Of a DNA stretch of 64,000 nucleotides, positions 51,635 to 61,756 are shown one piece after another. Made by a program: the position numbers and the translations under genes. Source of the stretch: an uncultured Solirubrobacteraceae bacterium (lineage in GTDB: Bacteria; Actinomycetota; Thermoleophilia; Solirubrobacterales; Solirubrobacteraceae); NCBI GenBank assembly GCA_963704495.1, contig OY969911.1, positions 1,764,060-1,828,059 of the forward strand, in the 5' to 3' direction. Under the pieces are notes generated by a model. The model saw only the letters and a list, made by a program, of their open reading frames with translations. It was not told the origin of the DNA and searched no databases. How positions within the stretch are numbered: position 1 is the stretch's first letter; each line of letters starts with the position of its first letter.

Positions 51635-52456
51635 TCATGTCTCGCTCACCTTGCTCGCGTAGCGATCGGGCCTCCCCAGCCTGCGGTAGCGATGGCCGTA
51701 GCCGGGGAAGTAGACGTGCGAGCGCAGTCCGCTTGCCTGCTCGCCGAGGGCGGGACCGACGACGACGATCGCCTGTGTGTTGATCTTCGCCTCGCGGATC
51801 TCGATCGCAAGCTCCTGCAGCGGGCAGCGGATCACGATCTCATCCGGCCAGCTCGCGCGGTAGACGACCGCGCAGGGACTCTCCGGCGCATAGCCGCCCT
51901 CGAGTAGATCCCGCTGGAGCTCTCGCGGCCTGCGCACCGAGAGGAACAGGACCATCGTCGTGCCGTGTCGCGCCAGCTCGACGAGCTTCTCGTTTGGGGG
52001 CATCGTGGTGCGCGTGGGGCGGCGGGTGAGGATCAGCGTCTGGGAGACGTCCGGCACGGTCAGCTCCTGCCCGAGCGCTGCGGCTACGGCAGCCATCGAG
52101 CTCACCCCGGGGACGATCTCGATCTCCAGAGCGAGGCGCTCGCACACCTCCATCTGCTCGTGGATCGCGCCGTAGATCGTGGGATCGCCGGAGTGCACGC
52201 GCGCGATCCGCAGTCCCTCGCGCGCGGCGCGCGTGTAGATCTCGATGATCTGCTCGAGCGTTCGCTCGTCTGATGCGACTAGCTCCGCGCCCTCGCGGGC
52301 GTGCTCGAGCACGGCCGGATCGACCAGGCTGCGCGCCCAGACCACGACGTCGGCGGCGCCGATCACCTCGACTGCGCGCAGCGTCAGCAGATCGGCAGCG
52401 CCCGGACCGGCGCCGACGAAGCTGACGCGACCGCGTGGGGGAGAGGGCTCATTCAT
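51635..52456 (-). CDS. cobM: Precorrin-4 C11-methyltransferase
   Basis: FVGAGPGA, HSGDPTIYGAI.EQ, ELTVP.VSQT, YRASWPDE. Confidence 0.92.
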   Translation of the reverse strand: MNEPSPPRGRVSFVGAGPGAADLLTLRAVEVIGAADVVVWARSLVDPAVLEHAREGAELVASDERTLEQIIEIYTRAAREGLRIARVHSGDPTIYGAIHEQMEVCERLALEIEIVPGVSSMAAVAAALGQELTVPDVSQTLILTRRPTRTTMPPNEKLVELARHGTTMVLFLSVRRPRELQRDLLEGGYAPESPCAVVYRASWPDEIVIRCPLQELAIEIREAKINTQAIVVVGPALGEQASGLRSHVYFPGYGHRYRRLGRPDRYASKVSET

Positions 52457-53157
52457 CGATGGCCTCGCCCACCTTTACGAGCACCGGCGTGGCGGATGCG
52501 CGCCGTGGTGGCAGTCGGCCGGCGACGCGCACCAGATCGGGTCGTGTGCGCAGCAGGGCGGCGACGATCAGTGCGGTCATCACGCCCTCGATCACTCCGA
52601 TCAGGGCGTAGGTGCCGATCACATCACCTGCGATCGTCTGCAGGTCGACGTGCACGACCGCGGCGATCGCGTAGTCGAAGGTGAACACGCAGGAGGCGAC
52701 GACGATCGTGATCAGCGCGGCGATGCCACAGCTCGAGTGACAGACCACGCAGCGAGTTGGGCAGCAGGCGACGCAGTCCGAGGATCAGCGGGTATCCCAC
52801 GAACGCCGGGATCAGCGCGAGGTCGATTACGTTGAGTCCGAGCGTGCTGATGCCGCCGTCGCCTAGCGCCAACGCCTCGATCACGGTGACGACCGTCATC
52901 GTGATCGCCCCCAGCCAGGGCCCCAGCAGCGCGACCGCGAGCGTGCCTCCCAGTAGATGACCGTCGGTGCCGACGGTCACGGGAAAGATCGGTGTGTCGG
53001 CGACGACGAAAAACGCTGCGATCATTCCCGCCACGGGTAGGTCGCGCTCGCGCGTCTGCTCGCGTGCCTTGCGCACGCACACAGCCAAGCTGCCGGCCGC
53101 CACGACGGCGCCTGCCGCCGCCGCCTCGCCGCTCAGGTAGCCGTCAGGGATGTGCAT
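52449..53157 (-). CDS. cbiM: Cobalt ECF transporter S component (frameshift ~52740)
   Basis: N-terminal MHIPDG, GHLLG, GDGGI..LG.N, IEGVMT. Confidence 0.9.
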
Positions 53158-53886
53158 TTGAAACCTCGCTTTCGCTCTCAAGTTGGGTTAGGTCGAGTCC
53201 GGCTACGGCGCCGACGACGAAGGTGACGGGCGGCGGCAGCGCCGCCGGCAACGCGCCGAGGCTGCCTCGCAGTACTCGTTGCGAGGGCCGCGCGCCGGCG
53301 CTGATCGCCGTTAGCGGCGTCGCGGCGTCCATGCCGCCGGCGATCAGCGCCGCGGCTATGCGCCGGATGTGCCCACGACCGGTGAGGATCACGAGCGTCC
53401 CGCCGAGGCGAGCGATCGCATCCCAGTCGGGCGGATGCGCATGCTCGGGGTCCACGTTGCCGTCGACGATCGTGACCGTCACGCTCAGTTGGCGCAGCAT
53501 CAGCGGTATTCCCGCGGCCGCCGGCGCGGCGAGCGCAGACGAGACGCCGGGAATGATGCGCACCGGCACGCCGGCGGCGCGCAGCGCGACGGCCTCCTCG
53601 CCGCCACGCGAGGCGACGAATGGATCTCCGCTCTTCAGTCGCACGACCGACTCGTAAGTGCGGCCGAGCTCGATCAAGAGGGCGTTGACCTCCGATTGAG
53701 CTTTGGCGCGTTGTCGCTCGGCTCGCCCTACGCAGTGAAGCTCCGCCTCGGCGGGCGCGAGCATCGCGATCTGCTCAGCGAGGGGCGGTCATAGACAACC
53801 ACTGCGGCGCTTCGCAGCGCATCGTGTGCAGCAGCGGTGAGCAGGCTTGGCTCGCCAGGGCCGGCGCCGACCAGGTGGACGGTCAT
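53144..53886 (-). CDS. cobA: Uroporphyrinogen-III C-methyltransferase (frameshift ~53765)
   Basis: VHLVGAGPG, VVRLKSGDPF..RGGEE. Confidence 0.88.
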
Positions 53887-54632
53887 GGCGCGCTTCCGTT
53901 CGAGCGCTCGGCGACCATCCACTCGCCCGCCACGTGCGTGCTCTCGCCGGCGACGAGCAGCAGCGTGCGCATCGTGACCGTCACTGGGTCGAGCTCTCCA
54001 AGGGTCGTGCAGATCGCGCTCTGCCCCTCGCGCGCCGCGTCGGTCACGACTCCGACCGGCGTATCGGCCCCGCGTGTCTCGCGAAGCAACTCGAGCACAC
54101 GATCTAGCTGCCATTGTCGCTGGCGCGAGCGGGGGTTGTAGAGCGCGAGGGTGAGCCCAGCCTCGGCGACCGCGCGCAGCCGTCGCTCGATCGTCGCCCA
54201 CTCGATGTGCAGGTCTGAGAGCGAGAGGCTCGCCCAGTCGTCGGCGAGCGGAGCGCCGAGCACCGCGCCGGCCGCCAGCGCCGCCGTCACTCCGGGGATC
54301 ATGTTGACCTCGGGTCGCTCACTCGGCGCGAGCGCCGCCGCTCGCTTGAGCGTCCGCGAGGCCATGCCGTACACGCCGGCGTCGCCAGAGGAGACGAGCG
54401 CCACGCGCTCGCCGCGCTGGGCTCTCACGAGCGCTTCTTCGGCGCGCTCTGCCTCTTGGCCCATCTTCGCGCGCATGACCAACTGCTCGGCTCGCAGCAG
54501 CTCGCTGCATTGATCGACGTAGGGCCCGTAGCCGATCACGACCTGCGCTTGTTCGATCGCCCGCGTGGCGGCGACTGTGCGGTGATCGGCGATCCCTGGC
54601 CCGAGGCCGACGATGTCAAGCACGCCGCTCAT
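53883..54632 (-). CDS. cobJ: Precorrin-3B C17-methyltransferase
   Basis: SSGDAGVYGMA, SLSD, LYNPRS. Confidence 0.92.
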   Translation of the reverse strand: MSGVLDIVGLGPGIADHRTVAATRAIEQAQVVIGYGPYVDQCSELLRAEQLVMRAKMGQEAERAEEALVRAQRGERVALVSSGDAGVYGMASRTLKRAAALAPSERPEVNMIPGVTAALAAGAVLGAPLADDWASLSLSDLHIEWATIERRLRAVAEAGLTLALYNPRSRQRQWQLDRVLELLRETRGADTPVGVVTDAAREGQSAICTTLGELDPVTVTMRTLLLVAGESTHVAGEWMVAERSNGSAP

Positions 54633-56395
54633 GCGCCCAGTGGGTTGAAGCCGGCCGGAAGCTCGAGCCTGTGCGCGGTCATGAAGCCCTCGTCGGCGAG
54701 GATCTCGCGCGTGGCGCCGTCGGCGCTGATCACGCCACTGTCGAGCACGATCGTGCGCGGGCAGAGCTCGAGCGCGTAGGGCAGATCGTGCGTGACCAGC
54801 AGCACCGTCACCTTCAGCGACTGCAGCACGTCGACGAGCTCGCGCCGCGCTGCAGGATCCAGATGCGAGGTTGGCTCATCGAGGATCAGTAGCTCCGGGC
54901 GCATCGCGATGATGCCCGCGACGGCCGCTCTTCGACGCTGGCCAGCGGAGAGTTCGTGGGGAGCGCGCTCAGCCTCGTCGGTCAGGCGGACGGCCTCCAG
55001 CGCTTCGCTCACGCGCTCGCGCAGCTCCGCGTCCTTGAGGCCTTGGTTCGCGGGTCCGAAAGCCACGTCGGAGGCGACCGTCGGCATGAACAGTTGGTCG
55101 TCGGGGTCTTGGAACACGAGCCCGACCATTGCTCGCACCTGCTTTCGCGTCTTGGGCGTCAGCTGCATGCCGGCGACGTGGACCTCGCCGCTGCTCGCGT
55201 CGAGCATTCCGTTCAGCTGCATGATCAGCGTCGTCTTACCCGCGCCGTTGGGACCGACGATCGCCACGCGTTCACCGCGGTTCAGGCGCAGATTGATGTT
55301 CGCCAGCACGGGCTGACCGCTCGGATAGGCAAAGGACAGGTCACGCACCTCGAGCGCCGGCGGCCCCTCCTCTGGCACCGCGGTCCAGGCTGGGCGCAGG
55401 CCCGGCTTGCGCGGCGCGAGCTCGAGCGGCGGTGGCGGCTCGGGGGCGCGTGTGGCCCGCCGCGCGCGACGCCGCCCACGCGACGGGGCGTCTCCGTGGG
55501 GCGTGAGTGAGATCGGCATCCCCGTCTTCTCCTCATAGCCGGGTAGGCGCACGCGGTAGACGCACATGTCGCAGTTCATCCGCACGTCGCCGACGATCGC
55601 TTCGCGGTATCGCTCGATCGCAAGCTTTGCCAGACGGCGGTCTGGGCCCAGGTGAGCGCCGCCGCGAATCTCGATCTCGGGATACTCCTCGGCCCACTCG
55701 GCGGCCTCGCGGTAGATCCGTGGAAGCAGTCGCCCGGTGAACAGCAAGAGCGGTGCGAGCACGATCGTGCGCGCGCCGAGCTTGCGAGCGCGCTCCAGCG
55801 CGCCGCGCACGTCGGGCTGGGCGACCTGGACGAAGGCCGGCTCGATCGTCGGCAGGCCGCGGCCGTCGCTCAGCAGGCGAGCGAGCTTGTACAGGTCGGC
55901 GCCGGCGTCGGGGTCTGAGGAGCCTCTTCCGACCAGTACGACGCCGCTCTGGGCTGGGTCGGACTCCGCGAGCGCCACGCGGATGCGCTCCTCGACCACG
56001 TCTAGGACCAGCGGGTGGATGCCGAGGTCGCGGGCGAGGCGGAAGCTCGCCTTTGGATGACGCTGACGTGCCCGGGCAAGGGCCGCTGGACCGTCGTTCT
56101 TCAGGTGCCCGGCTGCCAGCAGCACCAGCGGCACCGATACGACCGACTGTCCTTGGTCTCCGCTGGCGAGCAGCCGGTCGATCGCCTCATCGACGGTCGG
56201 TTCAGCCAGCTCGATGAAGCCGAACTCGGTCGGGATCGAGCCGGCGGCGTCGCGGATCATCTGCGCCAGCTGCCAGAACTCCTCAACGCCGTCAGCGTCT
56301 CTGGTGCCATGGCCGAGGACGAGCAGCGACGGGCGCTCGCCGATCTCGGCGCCGTTCGAGGACACCTCAGAGAGCGCTTGGTCGAGATCGCTCAC
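54629..56395 (-). CDS. cbiX-cbiO: CbiX cobaltochelatase fused to ECF ATPase CbiO
   Basis: GHGTRD, AAGHLK.D, GRGSSD, MNCDMCVYR; then GPNGAGKTT, FQDPDDQL, LSAGQ, LDEP in one frame. Confidence 0.88.
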   Translation of the reverse strand: MSDLDQALSEVSSNGAEIGERPSLLVLGHGTRDADGVEEFWQLAQMIRDAAGSIPTEFGFIELAEPTVDEAIDRLLASGDQGQSVVSVPLVLLAAGHLKNDGPAALARARQRHPKASFRLARDLGIHPLVLDVVEERIRVALAESDPAQSGVVLVGRGSSDPDAGADLYKLARLLSDGRGLPTIEPAFVQVAQPDVRGALERARKLGARTIVLAPLLLFTGRLLPRIYREAAEWAEEYPEIEIRGGAHLGPDRRLAKLAIERYREAIVGDVRMNCDMCVYRVRLPGYEEKTGMPISLTPHGDAPSRGRRRARRATRAPEPPPPLELAPRKPGLRPAWTAVPEEGPPALEVRDLSFAYPSGQPVLANINLRLNRGERVAIVGPNGAGKTTLIMQLNGMLDASSGEVHVAGMQLTPKTRKQVRAMVGLVFQDPDDQLFMPTVASDVAFGPANQGLKDAELRERVSEALEAVRLTDEAERAPHELSAGQRRRAAVAGIIAMRPELLILDEPTSHLDPAARRELVDVLQSLKVTVLLVTHDLPYALELCPRTIVLDSGVISADGATREILADEGFMTAHRLELPAGFNPLGA

Positions 56396-57159
56396 AAGAC
56401 TCCCGTCTTCGCGAGGACCGTCGCCGCGATCGCCGCTAGCGCAAACGGCATGACTGCCGTCCATTCCCAGCCACGAGCGCGAGTGCCGAGATCGACCTCA
56501 GGAAAGTGGCCGTCAAAGCCCCGCGCGAGCATCGCCAGATAGACGCGCTCTCCCCGGTCAAAGCAGCGGACCGCCAAAGCGCCCGCACTGCGCGCGGCTG
56601 TGCGCGCCTGCCAGATCCAGCGCGGGTCATCCCCGCGCGCTACACGCGCGAGCTGCAGCCGTTTGAGCTCGTCGAGCACCAACTGCAGGTAGCGGACGCC
56701 AAACGAGGCGATCGAGGTGAACTGGCTGGGCACCTTCAACCGCTGCGTGCCGGTGAGGATCGCATCGGTCGGCGTTGTGGCGGCCAGCACGCCGGTCGTG
56801 AGCACGGCGATCGTCGCCTTGGCTCCGATCGCCCATGCTCCCCACAGGCCTTCGCGAGCGAGCGAGATGCCGAGCACCTCGATACGCGGGCCCGAGGCGA
56901 TGAACGGCAGCAACACGATGAAGAGGACGAACGGGATCTCGATCAACAGTCGCGTCGCCAGTGAGCGCAGTGACGCGCGCGAGTAAACGATCACGAGGCC
57001 CAGCAGCACAGCGTCGGTCGCGAAGGCCCACAGCGCGCGCTGTGGCAGCAGCGCGACCGCGACGACGAACAGGATCGTTACGAGCACCTTGCACTCCGGC
57101 GCGAGTCGGTGCAGCGCGGTCTCGACCTCGCTCGGGCCCTGTTCGTGGGTGACGGTCAC
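56392..57159 (-). CDS. cbiQ: Cobalt ECF transporter T component
   Basis: LHRL.P..K, ARG motifs. Confidence 0.88.
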   Translation of the reverse strand: MTVTHEQGPSEVETALHRLAPECKVLVTILFVVAVALLPQRALWAFATDAVLLGLVIVYSRASLRSLATRLLIEIPFVLFIVLLPFIASGPRIEVLGISLAREGLWGAWAIGAKATIAVLTTGVLAATTPTDAILTGTQRLKVPSQFTSIASFGVRYLQLVLDELKRLQLARVARGDDPRWIWQARTAARSAGALAVRCFDRGERVYLAMLARGFDGHFPEVDLGTRARGWEWTAVMPFALAAIAATVLAKTGVL

Positions 57160-57935
57160 CTCCGACCTCCGGCCCTTTGGCGATCCTCGCGCGCGGGCTC
57201 GGCTGCTACCGAGTCGATCAGGGCGGCGCCCCGCTGCACACGGCGTCTGGCCGGCGCGATCACCGTCGACATGTAGGGCGCGCTTGACGGCCCGTCGCCG
57301 GCGAGGATGCGCTCGCCGCCGAGCCCGACCTCCTCGCCGTAGATGGACTCTTGCAAGCGTCCGGCGTCATCCAGCGCCGCACGCACCTTGGCGATGTGGC
57401 GCCCGCCCTTGTAGATCACCACCGTGTCGAAGTGGGCGAGCGCGGCGCGCAGCTGCTCATCGCCCGCCGTGTAGGGAAACAGCGCCAGACGCTCGTTACC
57501 TTCGGCGAGCACCGTGGAAGAGCGTGCGGCGAGATCCTGCATCGCCGTGATCCCGGGCACCGTCTCGACCTGGGTCTGCGGTTCCAGGCGCACGACGGTC
57601 TCGGCGACGTAGGTGAACGTCGAGAACAGGTTCGGATCGCCGATCGTCGCGAACGCCGCGTCCGCGCCGCTGCGTACGACCTCGGCGATCGCCATGCCGG
57701 CCTCATCCCAGCGCTGCTCACGAGTGCTGTGGTCGCTCATCGCGAAATGGACCTGCCGGATGCGATCGCTCGGCACGTGCGTCTCGATGATCCGCTCGGC
57801 GCGGCCGCTGCCCTCGCCGTCGGTGGCGGGAACGAACACGCGCTCGGCGCTCTGCAGCACGCGCAGCGCCTTCAGCGTCAGATGCTCGGGGTCGCCCGGC
57901 CCGACGCCGACGCCAATCAGCCTGCCGCAGCTCAT
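57156..57935 (-). CDS. cobI: Precorrin-2 C20-methyltransferase
   Basis: GVGVGPGDPEHLTLKA, TIGDP.LFST, PYMS. Confidence 0.9.
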   Translation of the reverse strand: MSCGRLIGVGVGPGDPEHLTLKALRVLQSAERVFVPATDGEGSGRAERIIETHVPSDRIRQVHFAMSDHSTREQRWDEAGMAIAEVVRSGADAAFATIGDPNLFSTFTYVAETVVRLEPQTQVETVPGITAMQDLAARSSTVLAEGNERLALFPYTAGDEQLRAALAHFDTVVIYKGGRHIAKVRAALDDAGRLQESIYGEEVGLGGERILAGDGPSSAPYMSTVIAPARRRVQRGAALIDSVAAEPAREDRQRAGGRR

Positions 57936-59296
57936 AGCGTCCCAGTCGGGCTCGTGGCTTGGGCGGCGGCGACGAATCGCTCGGCGACCTGTGGCGTGGA
58001 TGCCCAGTGTGTGTGCAGATAGCTCGCGTGGACGTTCTCGGTGACGTGGCCCTCGGGAGTCGACTGACCGGAGCGCTCGAGGATCCAGGCCGGAACCTGA
58101 CCCGCCGCAGGCTCGAGCTTTGAGTAGTGGAACTCGTGCGCACGCACGCGAGAGCCAGCCGGCCACAGCGGATGGTGGCCTGTCGCCAGCGCCTCGCGAT
58201 AGCCGAGCGTCACCCGCTCGCTCATGCGGGCCTGCGCTGCAATCACGCCGCACATCGGATGGCCGTCGAACTCCTCTGCGAGATACAGCAGCCCGCCGCA
58301 CTCGGCGAGGATCGGCGCGCCTCTGCGTGCCAGCTCCGCGATCTCCTCACGCAGCGGGCGATTGGCCGTCAGCTCCTCCACGAAGACCTCGGGAAAGCCG
58401 CCGGCGAGGATCAGTCCCTCGGTCCCGGGCGGCAGCGACTCCTGCTGGAGCGGATCGAAGTCGAGCAGCTCGGCGCCACTGCCCTGCAGTAGTTCGAGGT
58501 TCTCGGAGTAGTGAAAGGAGAACGCCGGGCCTCGCGCCACCGCAACGCGAGCCGCCGACTCTGCCCCTCCCGGCGACTGTGCTGACCAGGTCGGACCGGG
58601 TAGCTGCGGCGCGCTCTCGGCCAGCGCTTCGATCGCCGGCAGATCGCAGCTCTGCTCGACGACGCTCGCGAGCCGCTCGAGCGTGTCACTCGCGCGCTGC
58701 AGGCGCTCGCCGACCGGCACGAGCCCAAGGTGGCGCTCTGGGCTGCTCAGCGTCGAGTCACGACGCAGGACGCCGAGCACCGGGACGTCGAGCTGCTCGA
58801 CCGCCTCACGCAAGATCGACTCGTGGTTGTCGCTGCCGACGCGGTTCAGCACTACCCCGCCGATGCGCACCTCGGGGTCGAAGCCGACGAAGCCGCTGAG
58901 CGTCGCGGCGATCGAGCGCCCCACCGAGCTTGCGTCCAGCACGAGGATCACCGGAGTGCGCAGCAGCTTGGCCACCTGAGCTGCCGAAGCCAGCTCACCG
59001 CGCCCGTTGGCTCCGTCGAAGAGGCCCATCGCCCCCTCCACCACCGCGATCTTCGCACCGCGCGTTCCGTGGCGGAACAAGGGTGCGATCGCCTCTGCTC
59101 CCGACATGAACGCGTCGAGGTTGCGTGCGGGTCTGCCGGTGGCAAGAGCGTGGTAGCTCGGGTCAATGAAGTCCGGTCCGACCTTGAAGCCGACCGGATC
59201 TCTCTCGCGGCGTCTGAGTGCGCCCAGCAGGCCCGCGGCGACGGCCGTCTTGCCGGCTCCAGAGCCCGCGGCGGAGATGAGCACCCGGGGGATCAC
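57932..59296 (-). CDS. cobB: Cobyrinate a,c-diamide synthase
   Basis: SGAGKT, KVGPDFID, ERHLGL, AECGG, HEFHY. Confidence 0.95.
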   Translation of the reverse strand: MIPRVLISAAGSGAGKTAVAAGLLGALRRRERDPVGFKVGPDFIDPSYHALATGRPARNLDAFMSGAEAIAPLFRHGTRGAKIAVVEGAMGLFDGANGRGELASAAQVAKLLRTPVILVLDASSVGRSIAATLSGFVGFDPEVRIGGVVLNRVGSDNHESILREAVEQLDVPVLGVLRRDSTLSSPERHLGLVPVGERLQRASDTLERLASVVEQSCDLPAIEALAESAPQLPGPTWSAQSPGGAESAARVAVARGPAFSFHYSENLELLQGSGAELLDFDPLQQESLPPGTEGLILAGGFPEVFVEELTANRPLREEIAELARRGAPILAECGGLLYLAEEFDGHPMCGVIAAQARMSERVTLGYREALATGHHPLWPAGSRVRAHEFHYSKLEPAAGQVPAWILERSGQSTPEGHVTENVHASYLHTHWASTPQVAERFVAAAQATSPTGTL

Positions 59297-60261
59297 GCCG
59301 CGACCCTCGGCCAGGGCGTGTCTACGACCGGCAGGTCACGTACGGCGCGCTCGGTCATCCGCGTGGCGTTGCCCGATCGCGCGACGCCGCTCCCTGCGCA
59401 CGCAGATGGCACCGGATGATCGTCGTGAAAGCCGGTCCGTGGATCCGTGCCGTGGTCGGGGCAAACCGCGATGCGCGCTTCGATCAGGCAGACCTCCTGC
59501 CACAGCGGTACGAGCAGCTCGCGGTCGACGTCTTCAAGGGCGATCGCCTTGCCCTCGGGATCGAATTCATGCGCCGCCTCGTCGGGCGCGCCCACATGTA
59601 CAACGACGCAGTGGGCCTCCGAGCGCAGGGCCCTCAGCGCAGCCGCCAGCTTGGCGCTCAGGCATGTGTCCGGGCCGCCCGTGCAGCCAGGCGGCACGAT
59701 CGAGCGAGCGCCCATCGCAAGCGCACAGCCGGCTGCGGCGCCGGGTCCGCTGATCAGCACGGTGCTCTCATCGAGGCAGCGGCGCGGCGGCGCTCCGCCT
59801 CCCCACACGTGGACGTCAAGATCCTCCCAACGCGCCGGGATTCCGGCGCTGCTGTCGCCGACGAGCAGCCCGCGATGGCCGCGCAGATGCTCGAAACGCT
59901 GTGCGGTCGATCTAAGCGAGAGCGAGGCCAGCGCTGCGCGAGCGCGCGCGCCGCTGGCGCGCGCGCCGCTTTCGGTGTGAAAGTCGATCCGCCACGCGCT
60001 TTGCCCGTGTGGAACGGTGACCCCCGCACACGCCGCCTCGAGCATGCCGCGCGAGATCTGGATCGGTGGCGCGCCGAGCAGCGCCGGGATGCCGGTCTCG
60101 CTGCCCGGCGTCAGACCGGGGGCGGTCGTTGCGACGCGGCTCACCACGCCGGCCGTGCAGAGATGGTCGAGCGCCGGTGTCCGGGCGCGCTCGAGAGCCG
60201 TGGGCTGATCGCCGACGATCGGCTCCGCCGCACCGTCGACTATCACCAGCACGTCTGGCAT
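59293..60261 (-). CDS. ApgM-like alkaline-phosphatase-superfamily protein
   Basis: IVDGAAE, TALE.A.TP.LD, PGSE, APDEAAH, PDH.T. Confidence 0.82.
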   Translation of the reverse strand: MPDVLVIVDGAAEPIVGDQPTALERARTPALDHLCTAGVVSRVATTAPGLTPGSETGIPALLGAPPIQISRGMLEAACAGVTVPHGQSAWRIDFHTESGARASGARARAALASLSLRSTAQRFEHLRGHRGLLVGDSSAGIPARWEDLDVHVWGGGAPPRRCLDESTVLISGPGAAAGCALAMGARSIVPPGCTGGPDTCLSAKLAAALRALRSEAHCVVVHVGAPDEAAHEFDPEGKAIALEDVDRELLVPLWQEVCLIEARIAVCPDHGTDPRTGFHDDHPVPSACAGSGVARSGNATRMTERAVRDLPVVDTPWPRVAA

Positions 60262-60602
60262 CTACCTCCGCAGAGAAGTGACCTGATTGTCAGCGGCGAG
60301 CATAGCCACCTCGCCTCGTGCCTGCAACCAAAAAGCCGAACAAATCGGCCTGCTCGTCGTTGGGCGTTGAACTGTGAATCTCCGCTCGACGGGTAACGGT
60401 GAGTATGCTCCTGGGAATAGTCAGAGACAAATAAGTGAGAGACATAAAGAGACTTTACTACGGTGCTCTCGTAGATTACTTTTTGCAGAACTATTCTGGT
60501 GATCGGATCTATAGGCCATCGACACGACCCGCCCACTCGTGGCGCTTTGTCGTGTCTCCGCCTCATGGGATCCCGCCGATCCACACGAGTGAAAGGATCT
60601 CG

Positions 60603-61748
60603 ATGACGTTTCTCACTCGACGCCTAAGTCGCCTGGCGCGCTACTGCCTGGTTCTGGGTGTCCTGCTCTCGATGGCGCTGATCGTTCCGGGCGCCGTCTC
60701 GGTCGCAGGCGCGACCGAACCACTCACGGCGAGCCCGTGGCATTCGACGACGCCGTTCAGCAACGGGCGCACTTCAGCCTCCAGCGTGATCATCGGCAAC
60801 CGCGTCTACCTGCTCGGCGGCTATGCCTATGACGAAGCCACCGAAGAACTGCCGATCTACAACGACGTCCAGTGGGCGACGCTCAGCAGCAGCGGGGGCG
60901 TCAGCGGCGGCTGGCACACGACTACGCCGTTCACGCAGGCGCGCCTAGGACAGACTGCTGTCCGCTACGGCGACTACATCTACGTGATCGGCGGCGGCGA
61001 TGGCTTCGAAACCGTCTACAACACCGTCGAATACGCCAAGGTGGGGCCCAGCGGCAACATCACCGCGGCGGGCTGGCACTCAAGTCCCAACGACCTGATC
61101 GTCGCCCGTGCGGCCGCAAGCTCCAACGTGGTCGTGATCGGCGGACAGCCGTATCTGTATGTCACTGGCGGCACGGGCAACAACGAAGCGGGCGAAGTGA
61201 TCCACTTCGCGAGCGTTGAGTACGCGCCGATCCACGCCGACGGCTCGCTTGGCAAATGGACGCTCAACCCGACCGAATTCGCCAAACCGCGCTCGTCGAT
61301 GACGACCGCGTTCGCGGGCGGGTGCCTGTACGTCGTCGGCGGCTTCGGCGAAGCGTTCACGGAAGTCTATTCAGACGTCCAGTACGCATGCCTGCACTCC
61401 AATGGCTCGCTCGGATCGTGGACGACGAGCCCCAACTCGATGCACAACGTTCGCTACGGGGCGGAGATGGTCGTCTCGCAGTCCTCGACCGGGCTTGCGC
61501 AGTTGATCGAGCTCGGCGGCAACGCCGGCGAAGGCGTCTACCTCAACGAGATCGAGCGCACGACAGCGCGTGGTCCGCTCGGTAACACGCCCTGGACGGT
61601 CGCGCCGAGCACGAGCTTCCTGCCGGTCGGCCAATGGGGGCAGACCGGGGTTCTCTACGAAGGGCGCGTCTACGTGCTCGGAGGCGTGACCCGCAGTCAG
61701 GAATACCTCAACAACGTGATCTACGCGCGCGTCAGCGAACTGTTCTGA
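60603..61748 (+). CDS. Secreted Kelch-repeat beta-propeller protein
   Basis: Signal peptide; six R..(Y/L)V.GG..W repeats; RBS GAAAGGA. Confidence 0.85.
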   Translation: MTFLTRRLSRLARYCLVLGVLLSMALIVPGAVSVAGATEPLTASPWHSTTPFSNGRTSASSVIIGNRVYLLGGYAYDEATEELPIYNDVQWATLSSSGGVSGGWHTTTPFTQARLGQTAVRYGDYIYVIGGGDGFETVYNTVEYAKVGPSGNITAAGWHSSPNDLIVARAAASSNVVVIGGQPYLYVTGGTGNNEAGEVIHFASVEYAPIHADGSLGKWTLNPTEFAKPRSSMTTAFAGGCLYVVGGFGEAFTEVYSDVQYACLHSNGSLGSWTTSPNSMHNVRYGAEMVVSQSSTGLAQLIELGGNAGEGVYLNEIERTTARGPLGNTPWTVAPSTSFLPVGQWGQTGVLYEGRVYVLGGVTRSQEYLNNVIYARVSELF

Positions 61749-61756
61749 TTCGCGAA

